64,000 nt of DNA from contig DAHWMK010000022.1 in assembly GCA_027343225.1 (NCBI GenBank), forward strand, positions 136,266 through 200,265. The letters are read 5' to 3'. Each line of letters opens with the position of its first letter. Position 1 is the first letter of the stretch. The notes beneath the pieces are model-generated. The model was not told the origin of the DNA and ran no database searches. It saw nothing but the letters and a program-made list of their open reading frames with translations. The position numbers were made by a program, and so were the translations under genes. This DNA comes from Thermoplasmatales archaeon (lineage in GTDB: Archaea > Thermoplasmatota > Thermoplasmata > Thermoplasmatales > GCA-001856825). Below are positions 10,286 through 19,155 of the stretch, one piece after another.

Positions 10286-10732
10286 TGGATCAAGACAATG
10301 AAACGAATCAAGGTCATCAACTTTACAGAAAACAGGCAGGATACACTCTTTGATATTATCTAGGGGATTATGCGTTTCAGTGAATGTTCACGATGAGCAC
10401 CAACCAATAAGTCCATATGATCCGCCTAAAGAGGATGCAGTTTATAATTTACGGAAAAACAATACCAGGGATTTTAGCAAAAAGGTGCGAGTAATCCAAA
10501 TGAGTGAAAACACGAGAGTTGGTTACGGAGCTAGAGAAACAAACAAAGAAGCTTCTGAGTAAATTGTATAGATTATCCACTCTCAAAATAGAAGTTCAAG
10601 TCAGTTCATGACTTTTAGACTGTTTAAAACAATATAGCATCCCCGAAAGAATTAGTAACGAAGGGCTAAACCGTCGAAGTTTAACAGGAAATATTAGTAA
10701 CTATTAAGCACTATCATCTGAGGGGAGGCTTA

Positions 10733-12016
10733 TTGAACGACTTAAGAAATAGCTTAAAAATAGATGACAGGCAAGTGAGGGAAATCAATGATTTTCTACT
10801 TAAGAAGGACAACCCTCTCGTGAACGACGTTCTTTCTGTCATCGACAAGTACGGCGGAGTAGAAGAGATCAATAAAAAGGCAAAGGAGAATAGTAGACTC
10901 GAGACCATAATGACAAAACTCTCCGCAATGCATTCCCCATTTGTCAAGGACATAGAGTGGCTTGAAAGGCAGAGGGATTCTGATGCGTTCATCGATATAC
11001 CCAATTACAGAAGGAAGATATTGGGAATGGCCGCAAACTCAATGAGCTTCGATGAAGAATTTCCTGTCACCCTAGAGATCAGCGGCTCAAACTTTTTCCC
11101 CTGGCTCATCGAAGAGGCAAAAATGGCCATTTCCAAGAAAGAACTAATGCCCGGTAGATACATTAGGGTCCGCTCGATGAAGGAACAAGTCGAGGATGGC
11201 GATATACTAGCCTTCTCAGCAGCTATGAATATTATTGGAGCCTCTTATGTGCAGACTCTTGATACAAAAGGAACACTCTCAGGGACTGATGGGGTGCCTA
11301 TAAACCCTCACCTCGGAGGTCAAGACACGATAACCGGTTATTTTGGAGGAATCGGAGTGCCCAACAAATACGCAATAGAATGGGTAAATGAGGTTCTCCA
11401 CTACTACACTGAGTATGGAATACCGCAGGTCCTCAATATTAATTCCGGTACGGTTCTGCTTGGTTATTGGCTGTACCGATTTGGGATCAATATTGAGTTC
11501 AAGATATCTGTATATCTGGGTACCGACAATCCGTACTCCGTCCTGTGGGCTTTAATGATCGCGAAACTCTTCAGTCGCACAGATGGTAGGAGTCCTCTCA
11601 CTGGGCTGAATCTCTCAAACTCCGTCAATGATAAGACTATTGAGTCAGCAGCCTACATCCGTAATTCACTGGGACTCGAAGACATAGTTCGCTTGGAGCA
11701 CCACGTTACGGAAGCTTATAAGGGCATTGTTAGACAGCCGTACGACAGAACGGATGAACTAATAGGACTAGCCGATCATGTGAAAAACTTGGGGGCAAAG
11801 CACGAGGGAGGGCTCCCAGAAATAGATGCTGAGAGAGACCATCCATCGGACATACTCGACTATTTCATGCCTAAGAATGAAATCACTGATAAGGGACTGA
11901 TGCCGAAGCTTCTCGTCAATTACCTTGACAAACATGATGCCATAAACACCTTTGCAGAAAGACTTACAAAAAGAGGATTGAGTTTTGTGGCAGCTCAGAG
12001 GTTGCACAAGAAGTAA
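10733..12016 (+). CDS. Hypothetical protein (427 aa, soluble, no family recognised)
   Basis: Long uninterrupted ORF with a TTG start 7 nt after GGGGAGG. Composition is enzyme-like (e.g. GGQDTITGYFGGIGVPNKY, YLGTDNPYSVLWALMIAKLF). I could not assign a family. Confidence 0.7.
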   Translation: MNDLRNSLKIDDRQVREINDFLLKKDNPLVNDVLSVIDKYGGVEEINKKAKENSRLETIMTKLSAMHSPFVKDIEWLERQRDSDAFIDIPNYRRKILGMAANSMSFDEEFPVTLEISGSNFFPWLIEEAKMAISKKELMPGRYIRVRSMKEQVEDGDILAFSAAMNIIGASYVQTLDTKGTLSGTDGVPINPHLGGQDTITGYFGGIGVPNKYAIEWVNEVLHYYTEYGIPQVLNINSGTVLLGYWLYRFGINIEFKISVYLGTDNPYSVLWALMIAKLFSRTDGRSPLTGLNLSNSVNDKTIESAAYIRNSLGLEDIVRLEHHVTEAYKGIVRQPYDRTDELIGLADHVKNLGAKHEGGLPEIDAERDHPSDILDYFMPKNEITDKGLMPKLLVNYLDKHDAINTFAERLTKRGLSFVAAQRLHKK

Positions 12017-12406
12017 CACGCTAGACTTGCGATGTATGGGATATCACGATCACAGCTTACAAAGTATGAAGATTAGTCCAAGAGAGCGTCAGTCATTGAT
12101 TCCAAAGTATTTTTGGAATCTCCATTCAACTCCGTGAAATGGATATTTTGTGATTTGTAAGGCTGAGGTGCAATGCTTATATAATAAAATCCAAAATTTC
12201 TCCATAAAGTGTGTTTAGAGTTGATATCGAATTTCTAGAGAATAAAATAGAACAAAGTCCAGAATGGATACAACAGATCCAAACTTTTCAAACTAAACAA
12301 TAAATTCACAATTGTCCTTTTAGAGTTACTTAGTCAGAAGATTTGACAGAAATGTAACTAAGCGAGAAAAGATTTAATAGTGTACAAACATAAAAATTGT
12401 GATACA

Positions 12407-13354
12407 ATGGTCTCTTCTAATAAAATAACTGAGACCTCGGTAGTTGGTGCTGGAGTTATGGGATCTGGGATCGCTATTACTATGGCATCAAAGAACATTC
12501 GAGTGCATCTCAATGATCTGAGTGAAGATATTCTCAAAAATTCTGAAAAACAGATTTTGGATTTACTTCGATATCTTGAAGGCAAAAAGTTAATTGCTGA
12601 CGCAAAAAAGATTGAAGAAAACGTAGTTTATGAATCGGACCTCAATAAGGCAATAGAAAACGCAGACATTATTTTCGAAGCAATTATCGAGGAACCCACA
12701 GCAAAGAAAGATTTATTCTCCAAACTGACCGAAAGGGCAAAAGAAGATGCAATTCTGACATCCAACACTTCAGTAATCAGGATAGCCGAGATTGCGTCGG
12801 ACCTCAAAAGAAAGGAGAAGATAGTCGGAGTTCACTGGATGAATCCCCCCTATTTGGCTCCCTTAGTAGAACTTACTCCATCTGAATGGACCGACAAGGG
12901 AATCGTTGATAAGGCAAGAAATTTTCTAGAAAATGTCATTGGGAAGAAGGTAGTCCTCAGTCCGGACATTCCGGGGTTTATAGTGAATCGTTTTCATGCG
13001 GCCGTTACTTCAGAGGCTATTAGACTAATGGATGAGGGTGTTTCTATTGAGGATATTGATGACGTATGGAGATATCACCTTGGGATACTTTACGGATTAT
13101 TTGGGCCATTAAGGAATGCAGATTACATAGGATTAGATACGACGTATCTAGCGGGGATGTATCTATCGCAAAAACTAGGAAGGGATCTCGTATACGTTCC
13201 TGAATGGTTCCTCAAGAAACTAAGTAGCAACGAAATCGGAGTCAAAAGTAAGAAAGGATTCTACAATTATGGAGACGAGGGTTCTTCCAGTTGGTATGCT
13301 AGAAGGACAGAGATGATAATGGAGGAATTGAAATGTCGAAAGGTTCAGAAATAA
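12407..13354 (+). CDS. 3-hydroxyacyl-CoA dehydrogenase family protein
   Basis: VVGAGVMGSGIAITMA NAD-binding fold, EEPTAKKDLF, SNTSVIRI, VGVHWMNPPYLAPLVEL. The track start is GTG 12380. ATG 12407 (MVSSNKITE...) is more likely. Confidence 0.85.
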   Translation: MVSSNKITETSVVGAGVMGSGIAITMASKNIRVHLNDLSEDILKNSEKQILDLLRYLEGKKLIADAKKIEENVVYESDLNKAIENADIIFEAIIEEPTAKKDLFSKLTERAKEDAILTSNTSVIRIAEIASDLKRKEKIVGVHWMNPPYLAPLVELTPSEWTDKGIVDKARNFLENVIGKKVVLSPDIPGFIVNRFHAAVTSEAIRLMDEGVSIEDIDDVWRYHLGILYGLFGPLRNADYIGLDTTYLAGMYLSQKLGRDLVYVPEWFLKKLSSNEIGVKSKKGFYNYGDEGSSSWYARRTEMIMEELKCRKVQK

Positions 13355-15009
13355 TCGCTGAATCTCTTTCAAAAGAGGACGTAAAGTGCGTATTCACTCT
13401 CCCAGATGGATGGCTAATGCCCGTTTACGAAGAACTGGAAAAGAGGGGGATTAGGGTAATCTCAATGAGAAGTGAACAAGCTGCAGCAAATGCAGCGGAC
13501 GGATGGGCTAGGAGCACAAGAAAAATGGGGGTGGTAGCAGTCGCTGTAGGCCCCGGGGTAGCAAATATAATGCCCTCGCTGGCCCAGGCCTACCTAGCTG
13601 GTAGTCCTATTCTTGCACTAGGGGGACGGACACCCTTTTCTAGCATAGATAAGATGGCCTTTGAAGAAGTCAATACTCACTCCTGGGTAGAAGGGTATAC
13701 TAAATACTCTCGAATGGTCACATCGACGTGCCGCTTGAATGAATACATTCAAGATGCAGCTAGACAGGCACTTACGGGTCGGATGGGACCAACGCTCTTG
13801 GAAATACCAAAGGATATTTCTTCCAGCGAGTGTGATCGAGTAATTAACTACGAACTTCCTCAGAGGTACAGACCGGCAGGTAGAATTTATGGTGACAAGG
13901 AAAAGATAAATCAATCTGCAGAGCTAATAAGAAAATCTGAGAGACCCGTAATCGTGGCTGGAAGCGGAGCATATTGGTCCGGTGCATGTGAAGAAATAGT
14001 CAAGCTTGCAGAAGAGATTCATTCTCCAGTTGCAACTGAAGGACTTGCTGTCGGATGCATTCCAAATTCGAATCCATTATTTGGAGGGAATGCAAACGCA
14101 GGAATCATAACAAGATATGCAGATCTCGTGATTGTGATGGGAGCGAGGTTTGATGAATTTTTGGGATACGGAAGAGATGAATCGTTCTTCAGCACGGATA
14201 CAAAGGTGGTGCATGTCGATATAGATCCTACAGTCATAGGCAAAAACAAGGCAGTAGACATTGGTATTTGGGGGGATGTGAAAGCAGTCACTGCCCAAAT
14301 CCTAGAGTCCTTGTCTCAACTGCCAAAGAGCACTGACAAGAGGGTTGAATGGAGTTCAAACACAGGCCTACTCATAAAGGCATATTACGATAGGGTCGAA
14401 GAAGAGGCTGCCTCAGATGAGATTCCCATTCGACCTCAGCGGCTTATGAGAGACCTAAGAGATTTCGCAGGGGAAAACAGCATCTTTATTCTAGACGGGG
14501 GAGACGCTACTGCTTGGGCTTTCTTATATCTCAGATCTTACCGACCCGGACAAATAATATGGTCTCATGGGCCATTCGGAATGATAGGCACCGGGATCCC
14601 TATGGGAATAGCTGCAAAACTTGGAAATCCAGACAAAGACGTATACGTCATAACTGGGGATGGAAGTTTCCTGATGAGTGCAGTTGAAATAGAGACAGCC
14701 AGCAGGTACTCGGTTCCCATCACCATAGTTGTTGTAAATGATAATGTCTGGGGCGATGTGTACCATAACAGGGTACTAGCGACCGGGAGGCAAGAGAGCG
14801 GCAGATACGCACTACTGGAAAGAAGAAAGTATGACGAGTTTGCAAGGAGCTTGGGTGGGTTCGGAGAGTCAGTGGCAGATCCCAACCAAATAATCAATGT
14901 ACTTAAAAGAGCAAAAGATAGCGGGTTACCCTCAGTCGTGGATGTCATTGTATCCAAAGAATTCAACAGTCCACTGAGTCAACTTCAAGGTTTCCTCAAA
15001 AAAGACTAA
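13333..15009 (+). CDS. Thiamine-diphosphate-dependent enzyme (acetolactate synthase / oxalyl-CoA decarboxylase / 2-hydroxyacyl-CoA lyase superfamily)
   Basis: 558 aa with the three-domain ThDP layout and the ThDP-binding motif GDGSFLMSAVEIETA...VVVNDNVWG. It overlaps the upstream gene by 22 nt. Confidence 0.85.
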   Translation: MSKGSEIIAESLSKEDVKCVFTLPDGWLMPVYEELEKRGIRVISMRSEQAAANAADGWARSTRKMGVVAVAVGPGVANIMPSLAQAYLAGSPILALGGRTPFSSIDKMAFEEVNTHSWVEGYTKYSRMVTSTCRLNEYIQDAARQALTGRMGPTLLEIPKDISSSECDRVINYELPQRYRPAGRIYGDKEKINQSAELIRKSERPVIVAGSGAYWSGACEEIVKLAEEIHSPVATEGLAVGCIPNSNPLFGGNANAGIITRYADLVIVMGARFDEFLGYGRDESFFSTDTKVVHVDIDPTVIGKNKAVDIGIWGDVKAVTAQILESLSQLPKSTDKRVEWSSNTGLLIKAYYDRVEEEAASDEIPIRPQRLMRDLRDFAGENSIFILDGGDATAWAFLYLRSYRPGQIIWSHGPFGMIGTGIPMGIAAKLGNPDKDVYVITGDGSFLMSAVEIETASRYSVPITIVVVNDNVWGDVYHNRVLATGRQESGRYALLERRKYDEFARSLGGFGESVADPNQIINVLKRAKDSGLPSVVDVIVSKEFNSPLSQLQGFLKKD

Positions 15010-15156
15010 GCCGAGAAAGTAACGTCAAAGAATTCAAAATAAGAGGCTAAGATGCCGTTCATATCTGACTGGCGAAATGCGAATAAGATCTAGGTTAATT
15101 TAAGTTTCCTTAATTTTAGACAATTATAATATATATCACATAGCATAACATTCGGT

Positions 15157-16527
15157 ATGACTGATTCAACAGCCATAATGGCCGCTCTTTCTAAAATTGA
15201 AAAAATGGATGTGAACCCATATTTTGGAGGTCTGTTTACCTATGTTTATGAGACAGGTGACAGAAAGCTCAGGGAAATTCAGCACAAAGCCTTGAATATG
15301 TTCTACGACAAGAACGCACTTGACTTTACCACGTTCAAGAGTGCGGCATTTTTTGAAAGGGAGATAGTTAGCTTCGCAAAGTCTATTTCACATGCAGACG
15401 AACAAGTCTTGGGGACGCTCACTTATGGCGGAACCGAGAGCATCTTGCTCACCGTGAAGTCTGCAAGGGATTTCTTTAAAAAGACTAGAGGGGCGAACGA
15501 GATTCCTGAGTTAGTAGTTCCTGCATCTGGACATCCCTCATGGGAGAAGGGAGCTGACTATTTTGGACTTAAATTGAAACTAATTCCCATTGATCGAGAC
15601 TCCAAAAAAGTGGACCTCGAGGCACTCAAGTCAGCAATCGACAGTAAGACTGCACTTGTAGTTGGATCAGCTCCGAATTTTCCATATGGAAGTATCGACC
15701 CGATTACAGAAATGGGACAAATCGCGAAAGACAAAGGAGTTCCGTTACACGTAGATGCTTGCGTCGGGGGATTTATTCTGCCATTTTTTGAGAGGCTGGG
15801 AGAAAAGATACAAACTTATGATTTCCAGGCGGAAGGTGTGACTTCTATATCAATGGATACTCACAAATACGGGTATTCTTTAAAGGGATCATCAGTCTTA
15901 CTATTCAGAAACCCAGAGATGAAGAGGTATTCTAATTACATAAACATCTCATGGCCTAGCTACATTTTCGTTAACACATCCATACTATCCTCAAGATCTG
16001 TCGGGCCCATGGCTAGTGCTTGGACAGCTATAAACTATCTTGGGGTTGATGGTTACCTCTCACTTACTCGGAAAGTTATTTCTGCAAGAAATGATCTATT
16101 CAGAGGACTAAGCAAACTCGGTTTTAATACCACTGCACCCCTAGAATCGAGCATTCTTTCGTTGTACAACGATAATATTGACCTGCTTGCATTTGTGTAC
16201 GGAATGCAGAAAAAATCCTGGTATTTGGAGGTCCAGAAGGAAATTAAAGACGTTGTTCCATACAATCTTCACATGACTCTCAGTCCGGTACACGACAAAT
16301 TATCAAAGGCATTTATTAGAGATGCAAATGAAGTAGTGAAATCTCCTGTGAGTTCCGAATTCAAGAATATAATGGAGGATTTAAACAAAGGAGATATGAC
16401 CGTCCTAATGAAGATGGTCAAGGAAGGGGCCATCAACCCAGTTTTGCTCATAAAGGTGTTAGAGCAGATACCAGAGTACTCTGCAAAGGAAATAACAAAC
16501 GAGATAGTGAACGAGGTGTTCAGATGA
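15157..16527 (+). CDS. Group II PLP-dependent decarboxylase (glutamate decarboxylase / sphingosine-1-phosphate-lyase-like)
   Basis: 456 aa. GGTESILL, HVDACVGGF and the PLP-lysine context SMDTHKYGYSLKGSS. Confidence 0.82.
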   Translation: MTDSTAIMAALSKIEKMDVNPYFGGLFTYVYETGDRKLREIQHKALNMFYDKNALDFTTFKSAAFFEREIVSFAKSISHADEQVLGTLTYGGTESILLTVKSARDFFKKTRGANEIPELVVPASGHPSWEKGADYFGLKLKLIPIDRDSKKVDLEALKSAIDSKTALVVGSAPNFPYGSIDPITEMGQIAKDKGVPLHVDACVGGFILPFFERLGEKIQTYDFQAEGVTSISMDTHKYGYSLKGSSVLLFRNPEMKRYSNYINISWPSYIFVNTSILSSRSVGPMASAWTAINYLGVDGYLSLTRKVISARNDLFRGLSKLGFNTTAPLESSILSLYNDNIDLLAFVYGMQKKSWYLEVQKEIKDVVPYNLHMTLSPVHDKLSKAFIRDANEVVKSPVSSEFKNIMEDLNKGDMTVLMKMVKEGAINPVLLIKVLEQIPEYSAKEITNEIVNEVFR

Positions 16528-17684
16528 AGTCCAGGTTTGTAACTCTTCTTGGGCTTATTCTCATAGTATTTGTCTCCCAAGATATCTGGGTCACCTACTC
16601 TCCCATCCTGACCAATGTCGCTCAAATCACGGGAGTATCCTCTGGGGCAGTTGGACTTTTGGCGATAATTTATCCAATATTCTTCCTCGCACTGACGATA
16701 CCGGTTGGAATCCTTCTTGATAAGAACTTCAAATTCTGGCTAACGTTCGGCTCGGTCCTGACTTTCGCAGGCGGAGCATTTAGAATATTTTCCCCGCACA
16801 CCTACATCTGGCTGCTCACGTTCCAAATTTTTGGAGCAATAGGCCAGCCATTTTCCCTTAACTCGTTTGCCCTTTTTGCAAGTTCTTATTTCGAAAAGAG
16901 AAAGTCCTTGACTATATCTGGATTGAGTTTTTCAGTCTATCTAGGCACTATCTTTTCTCTAGGTGCAGGAGAATACCTATTCAAACTCGGAGGACTCCAT
17001 ACTGTTTTTCTACCAACAGCAATTATTTCCGTCGTTGGTATAGTACTATTCCTAGTTGGAATTATTACCCTCCAGGATAGACAACCAGAGGAGAAATCGT
17101 CAGTCTACAAGGAAATGAGTTATGCCGTGAAACAGAAGAACCTATGGATACTGGGAGTAATACTGGGACTGGGTGTTGCTGCCTATGATAACCTATCAAC
17201 GTGGTTGCAACCGGTAATCCAGACAATTGGAATGGGGCAGGTTGCAGGAACCGTAGTTGCACTGACTCTGATACTCGGTCTGGTAGGAATTTTAATCGTT
17301 CCTAACATAATTACGAAGAGGGACATAAGAACATACTACCTTAGAGTCGTAGCTACAGTTGTTTTCCTGATATTTGTCGTACTGGCTTTCTTCGCTTCTA
17401 AAATTACCCTTTATGGTCTTCTCCCATTAAGTGGCTTTTTGATGCTCCCAGCTTATCCAATTATAATGGAATGGATAAGCAAATTCTATGTCAAGAGTCA
17501 TCAGGGAATTGCAACTGGCTTCATGGCCTTTGTAAGTAGGATATTTTCCGTAGTCTTTACATTATCTGCCCTCGTAGTCATAGCTTCTGTCACATATTAC
17601 TTCCTGTTCCTGGCAGCGCTGATTGCTGGGGCGGTAATTTTTACAATTCTCCTCCCGAGAGATAAAGTGGTGGTACCTGCGTAA
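16524..17684 (+). CDS. MFS-type transporter
   Basis: 386 aa with 10-12 hydrophobic segments. Its ATG overlaps the decarboxylase stop (ATGA at 16524-16527). Confidence 0.75.
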   Translation: MKSRFVTLLGLILIVFVSQDIWVTYSPILTNVAQITGVSSGAVGLLAIIYPIFFLALTIPVGILLDKNFKFWLTFGSVLTFAGGAFRIFSPHTYIWLLTFQIFGAIGQPFSLNSFALFASSYFEKRKSLTISGLSFSVYLGTIFSLGAGEYLFKLGGLHTVFLPTAIISVVGIVLFLVGIITLQDRQPEEKSSVYKEMSYAVKQKNLWILGVILGLGVAAYDNLSTWLQPVIQTIGMGQVAGTVVALTLILGLVGILIVPNIITKRDIRTYYLRVVATVVFLIFVVLAFFASKITLYGLLPLSGFLMLPAYPIIMEWISKFYVKSHQGIATGFMAFVSRIFSVVFTLSALVVIASVTYYFLFLAALIAGAVIFTILLPRDKVVVPA

Positions 17685-17783
17685 CTGTAAAGAGCAGCTC
17701 GGTTGAACCAAAGGGGCTCAGGTTAATCCTAGGAGGTGTACTCAAGGATCATTGGAAGTAGTAGGTCCTCCGATATTGATGTC

Positions 17784-17869
17784 ATGCGGAGGGCCGGATT
17801 CGAACCGGCGAACCCCTGCGGGAACAGACCCTAAATCTGTCACCTTTGACCTGGCTCGGCAACCTCCGC
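17784..17869 (-). tRNA. tRNA-Leu (anticodon UAG)
   Basis: Minus strand reads GCGGAGGTTGCCGAGCCAGGTCAAAGGTGACAGATTTAGGGTCTGTTCCCGCAGGGGTTCGCCGGTTCGAATCCGGCCCTCCGCA. It has a 7-bp acceptor stem, an anticodon stem ACAGA/TCTGT with loop TTTAGGG, a long variable arm and a GGTTCGAATCC T-arm. No CCA is encoded. Confidence 0.93.
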
Positions 17870-17963
17870 TCGCTGTCAATTGGTCAGGAGTATATTGTTT
17901 TTCTCGTTCAATTAAATCGGGCAAAGACAACAAGTTTATAACTTCACTTCCATTAAAAATTCA

Positions 17964-18860
17964 ATGAACGTATGCCCTGCATGTGGGGAGAAGTTTACCG
18001 ACAACCATATCTCTTCTCTGTCTGCCCACTTTTACTCAATGGCACTGTCCAGTGACCCCACTCACGTCATGTGGCTAAACAGGTATATATCTAGTAAGAA
18101 AATATCAAGGGATAAGTTAACGGGGGAGTTCGAACATTTCTACGATTTCACGGAGGGTGGACTAGCTAATTGGATCAGGGAGAAATTTGTAGGTAGGTTC
18201 TTCTCCAGCGAGCCTAATGTATTCGTCCTAGAGATGCAAGAACCGACTAAATACACAATAATGGGATATGTCACGGAACATTTTCATTTCTTGAAGCAGT
18301 GGGTAAGATCCTGCGCACACATAATAGCAAGGACAGATTTTTTTGATGTACAGAAGTATGAGTTCGACAATATCTCGGAAGAGTATTTTGGGGTCGGAAA
18401 TCAAACTCCTCACATAGAACTTCTAATGCAAATGGGCGAATCCGTGGGCCTCAAGCGGGAAATCGTTGTAAACTCAAAGCCATTAAAGAAGACCGAAAAT
18501 GCACTGAAGTATTGGGAACACGTCTCCAGTTCTGAGCACTGGCTCGATGCCATGGTCTCTATGCATTCACTTGAGCTCATTGCGGACAGGAATGTGAAGG
18601 AATACGGAGCGAAGTACTCTTATTTTAAGCCAGAGATACTGAACGAAGGTGTCACAAAAGAAACAGCACATTTTCTAAAGGCAGGGTATGAGGCTGATCA
18701 GTATCACTCTGGTGAAGCCCTAAAGCTCGTAGAGAAGTACGCTAGAACGCTAGACATGGAAAGAGAGGTGCAATCCTATTTTCTTAGATCCGCTGATTTT
18801 TTCTACAGCTACCTTGAAGGGAGATATGAAAGGGGGAAAATGTATGAAAAGGAATTATGA
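17964..18860 (+). CDS. Zn-finger plus heme-oxygenase-like (TenA/PqqC/CADD-type) helical domain protein
   Basis: 298 aa. N-terminal CPACGEKF...H...H finger. The rest is helical with paired acidic/His motifs (YVTEHFHFLKQW, TPHIELL, SMHSLELIADR, GYEADQYHSGEA) typical of iron-containing heme-oxygenase-like proteins. The family call is by pattern only. Confidence 0.5.
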   Translation: MNVCPACGEKFTDNHISSLSAHFYSMALSSDPTHVMWLNRYISSKKISRDKLTGEFEHFYDFTEGGLANWIREKFVGRFFSSEPNVFVLEMQEPTKYTIMGYVTEHFHFLKQWVRSCAHIIARTDFFDVQKYEFDNISEEYFGVGNQTPHIELLMQMGESVGLKREIVVNSKPLKKTENALKYWEHVSSSEHWLDAMVSMHSLELIADRNVKEYGAKYSYFKPEILNEGVTKETAHFLKAGYEADQYHSGEALKLVEKYARTLDMEREVQSYFLRSADFFYSYLEGRYERGKMYEKEL

Positions 18861-19155
18861 CGGCTGTGCATTATGCGACGCAACGTGGGGGGACTACTGG
18901 AGAGAAGTGGAAGGAGAAAGGATGTTCTTTTGCTGTTCCATATGTGCCGATGCTTTTGAAAACATGATAAAGAGAGTGAAACTGGATACAGGATGGGATA
19001 CTGTAGATTCTGTTTCAATAGACGGCAATTACTCACGAGGAAGAGATTGCATTGCAACGAGCGGAAAGAAGAAGATAGAATTTTTTTTCAGGCACGAGGA
19101 TGGGCAAATTACTGAGTTCAGGATAAAGGATCAGGGAACCAGTCCAGTTCCATAG
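18844..19155 (+). CDS. Small CxxC...CCxxC zinc-binding protein (Ta0938-like by recollection)
   Basis: ATG 18844 gives MKRNYDGCALCDATWGDYWREVEGERMFFCCSICADAFENMIKR... It overlaps the upstream stop by 17 nt. The track start at 18814 is probably over-extended. Confidence 0.6.
   Translation: MKRNYDGCALCDATWGDYWREVEGERMFFCCSICADAFENMIKRVKLDTGWDTVDSVSIDGNYSRGRDCIATSGKKKIEFFFRHEDGQITEFRIKDQGTSPVP

Noticed and set aside
10350-10562. 70-aa ORF in the long spacer after the Lrp gene
   Set aside because: It has a TTG start with no Shine-Dalgarno, hydrophilic low-information sequence and no recognisable motif. I keep it only as part of the 'long spacer' observation.
13618-14966. Several 73-133-aa minus-strand ORFs inside the ThDP enzyme gene
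   Set aside because: They are antisense to a full-length, motif-bearing gene, and none has conserved features.
17742-17967. Two ORFs (63 and 71 aa) overlapping tRNA-Leu, and ORF 54008..54217 overlapping tRNA-Ala
   Set aside because: The sequence is fully explained by the tRNA genes, and these ORFs read through structured RNA.
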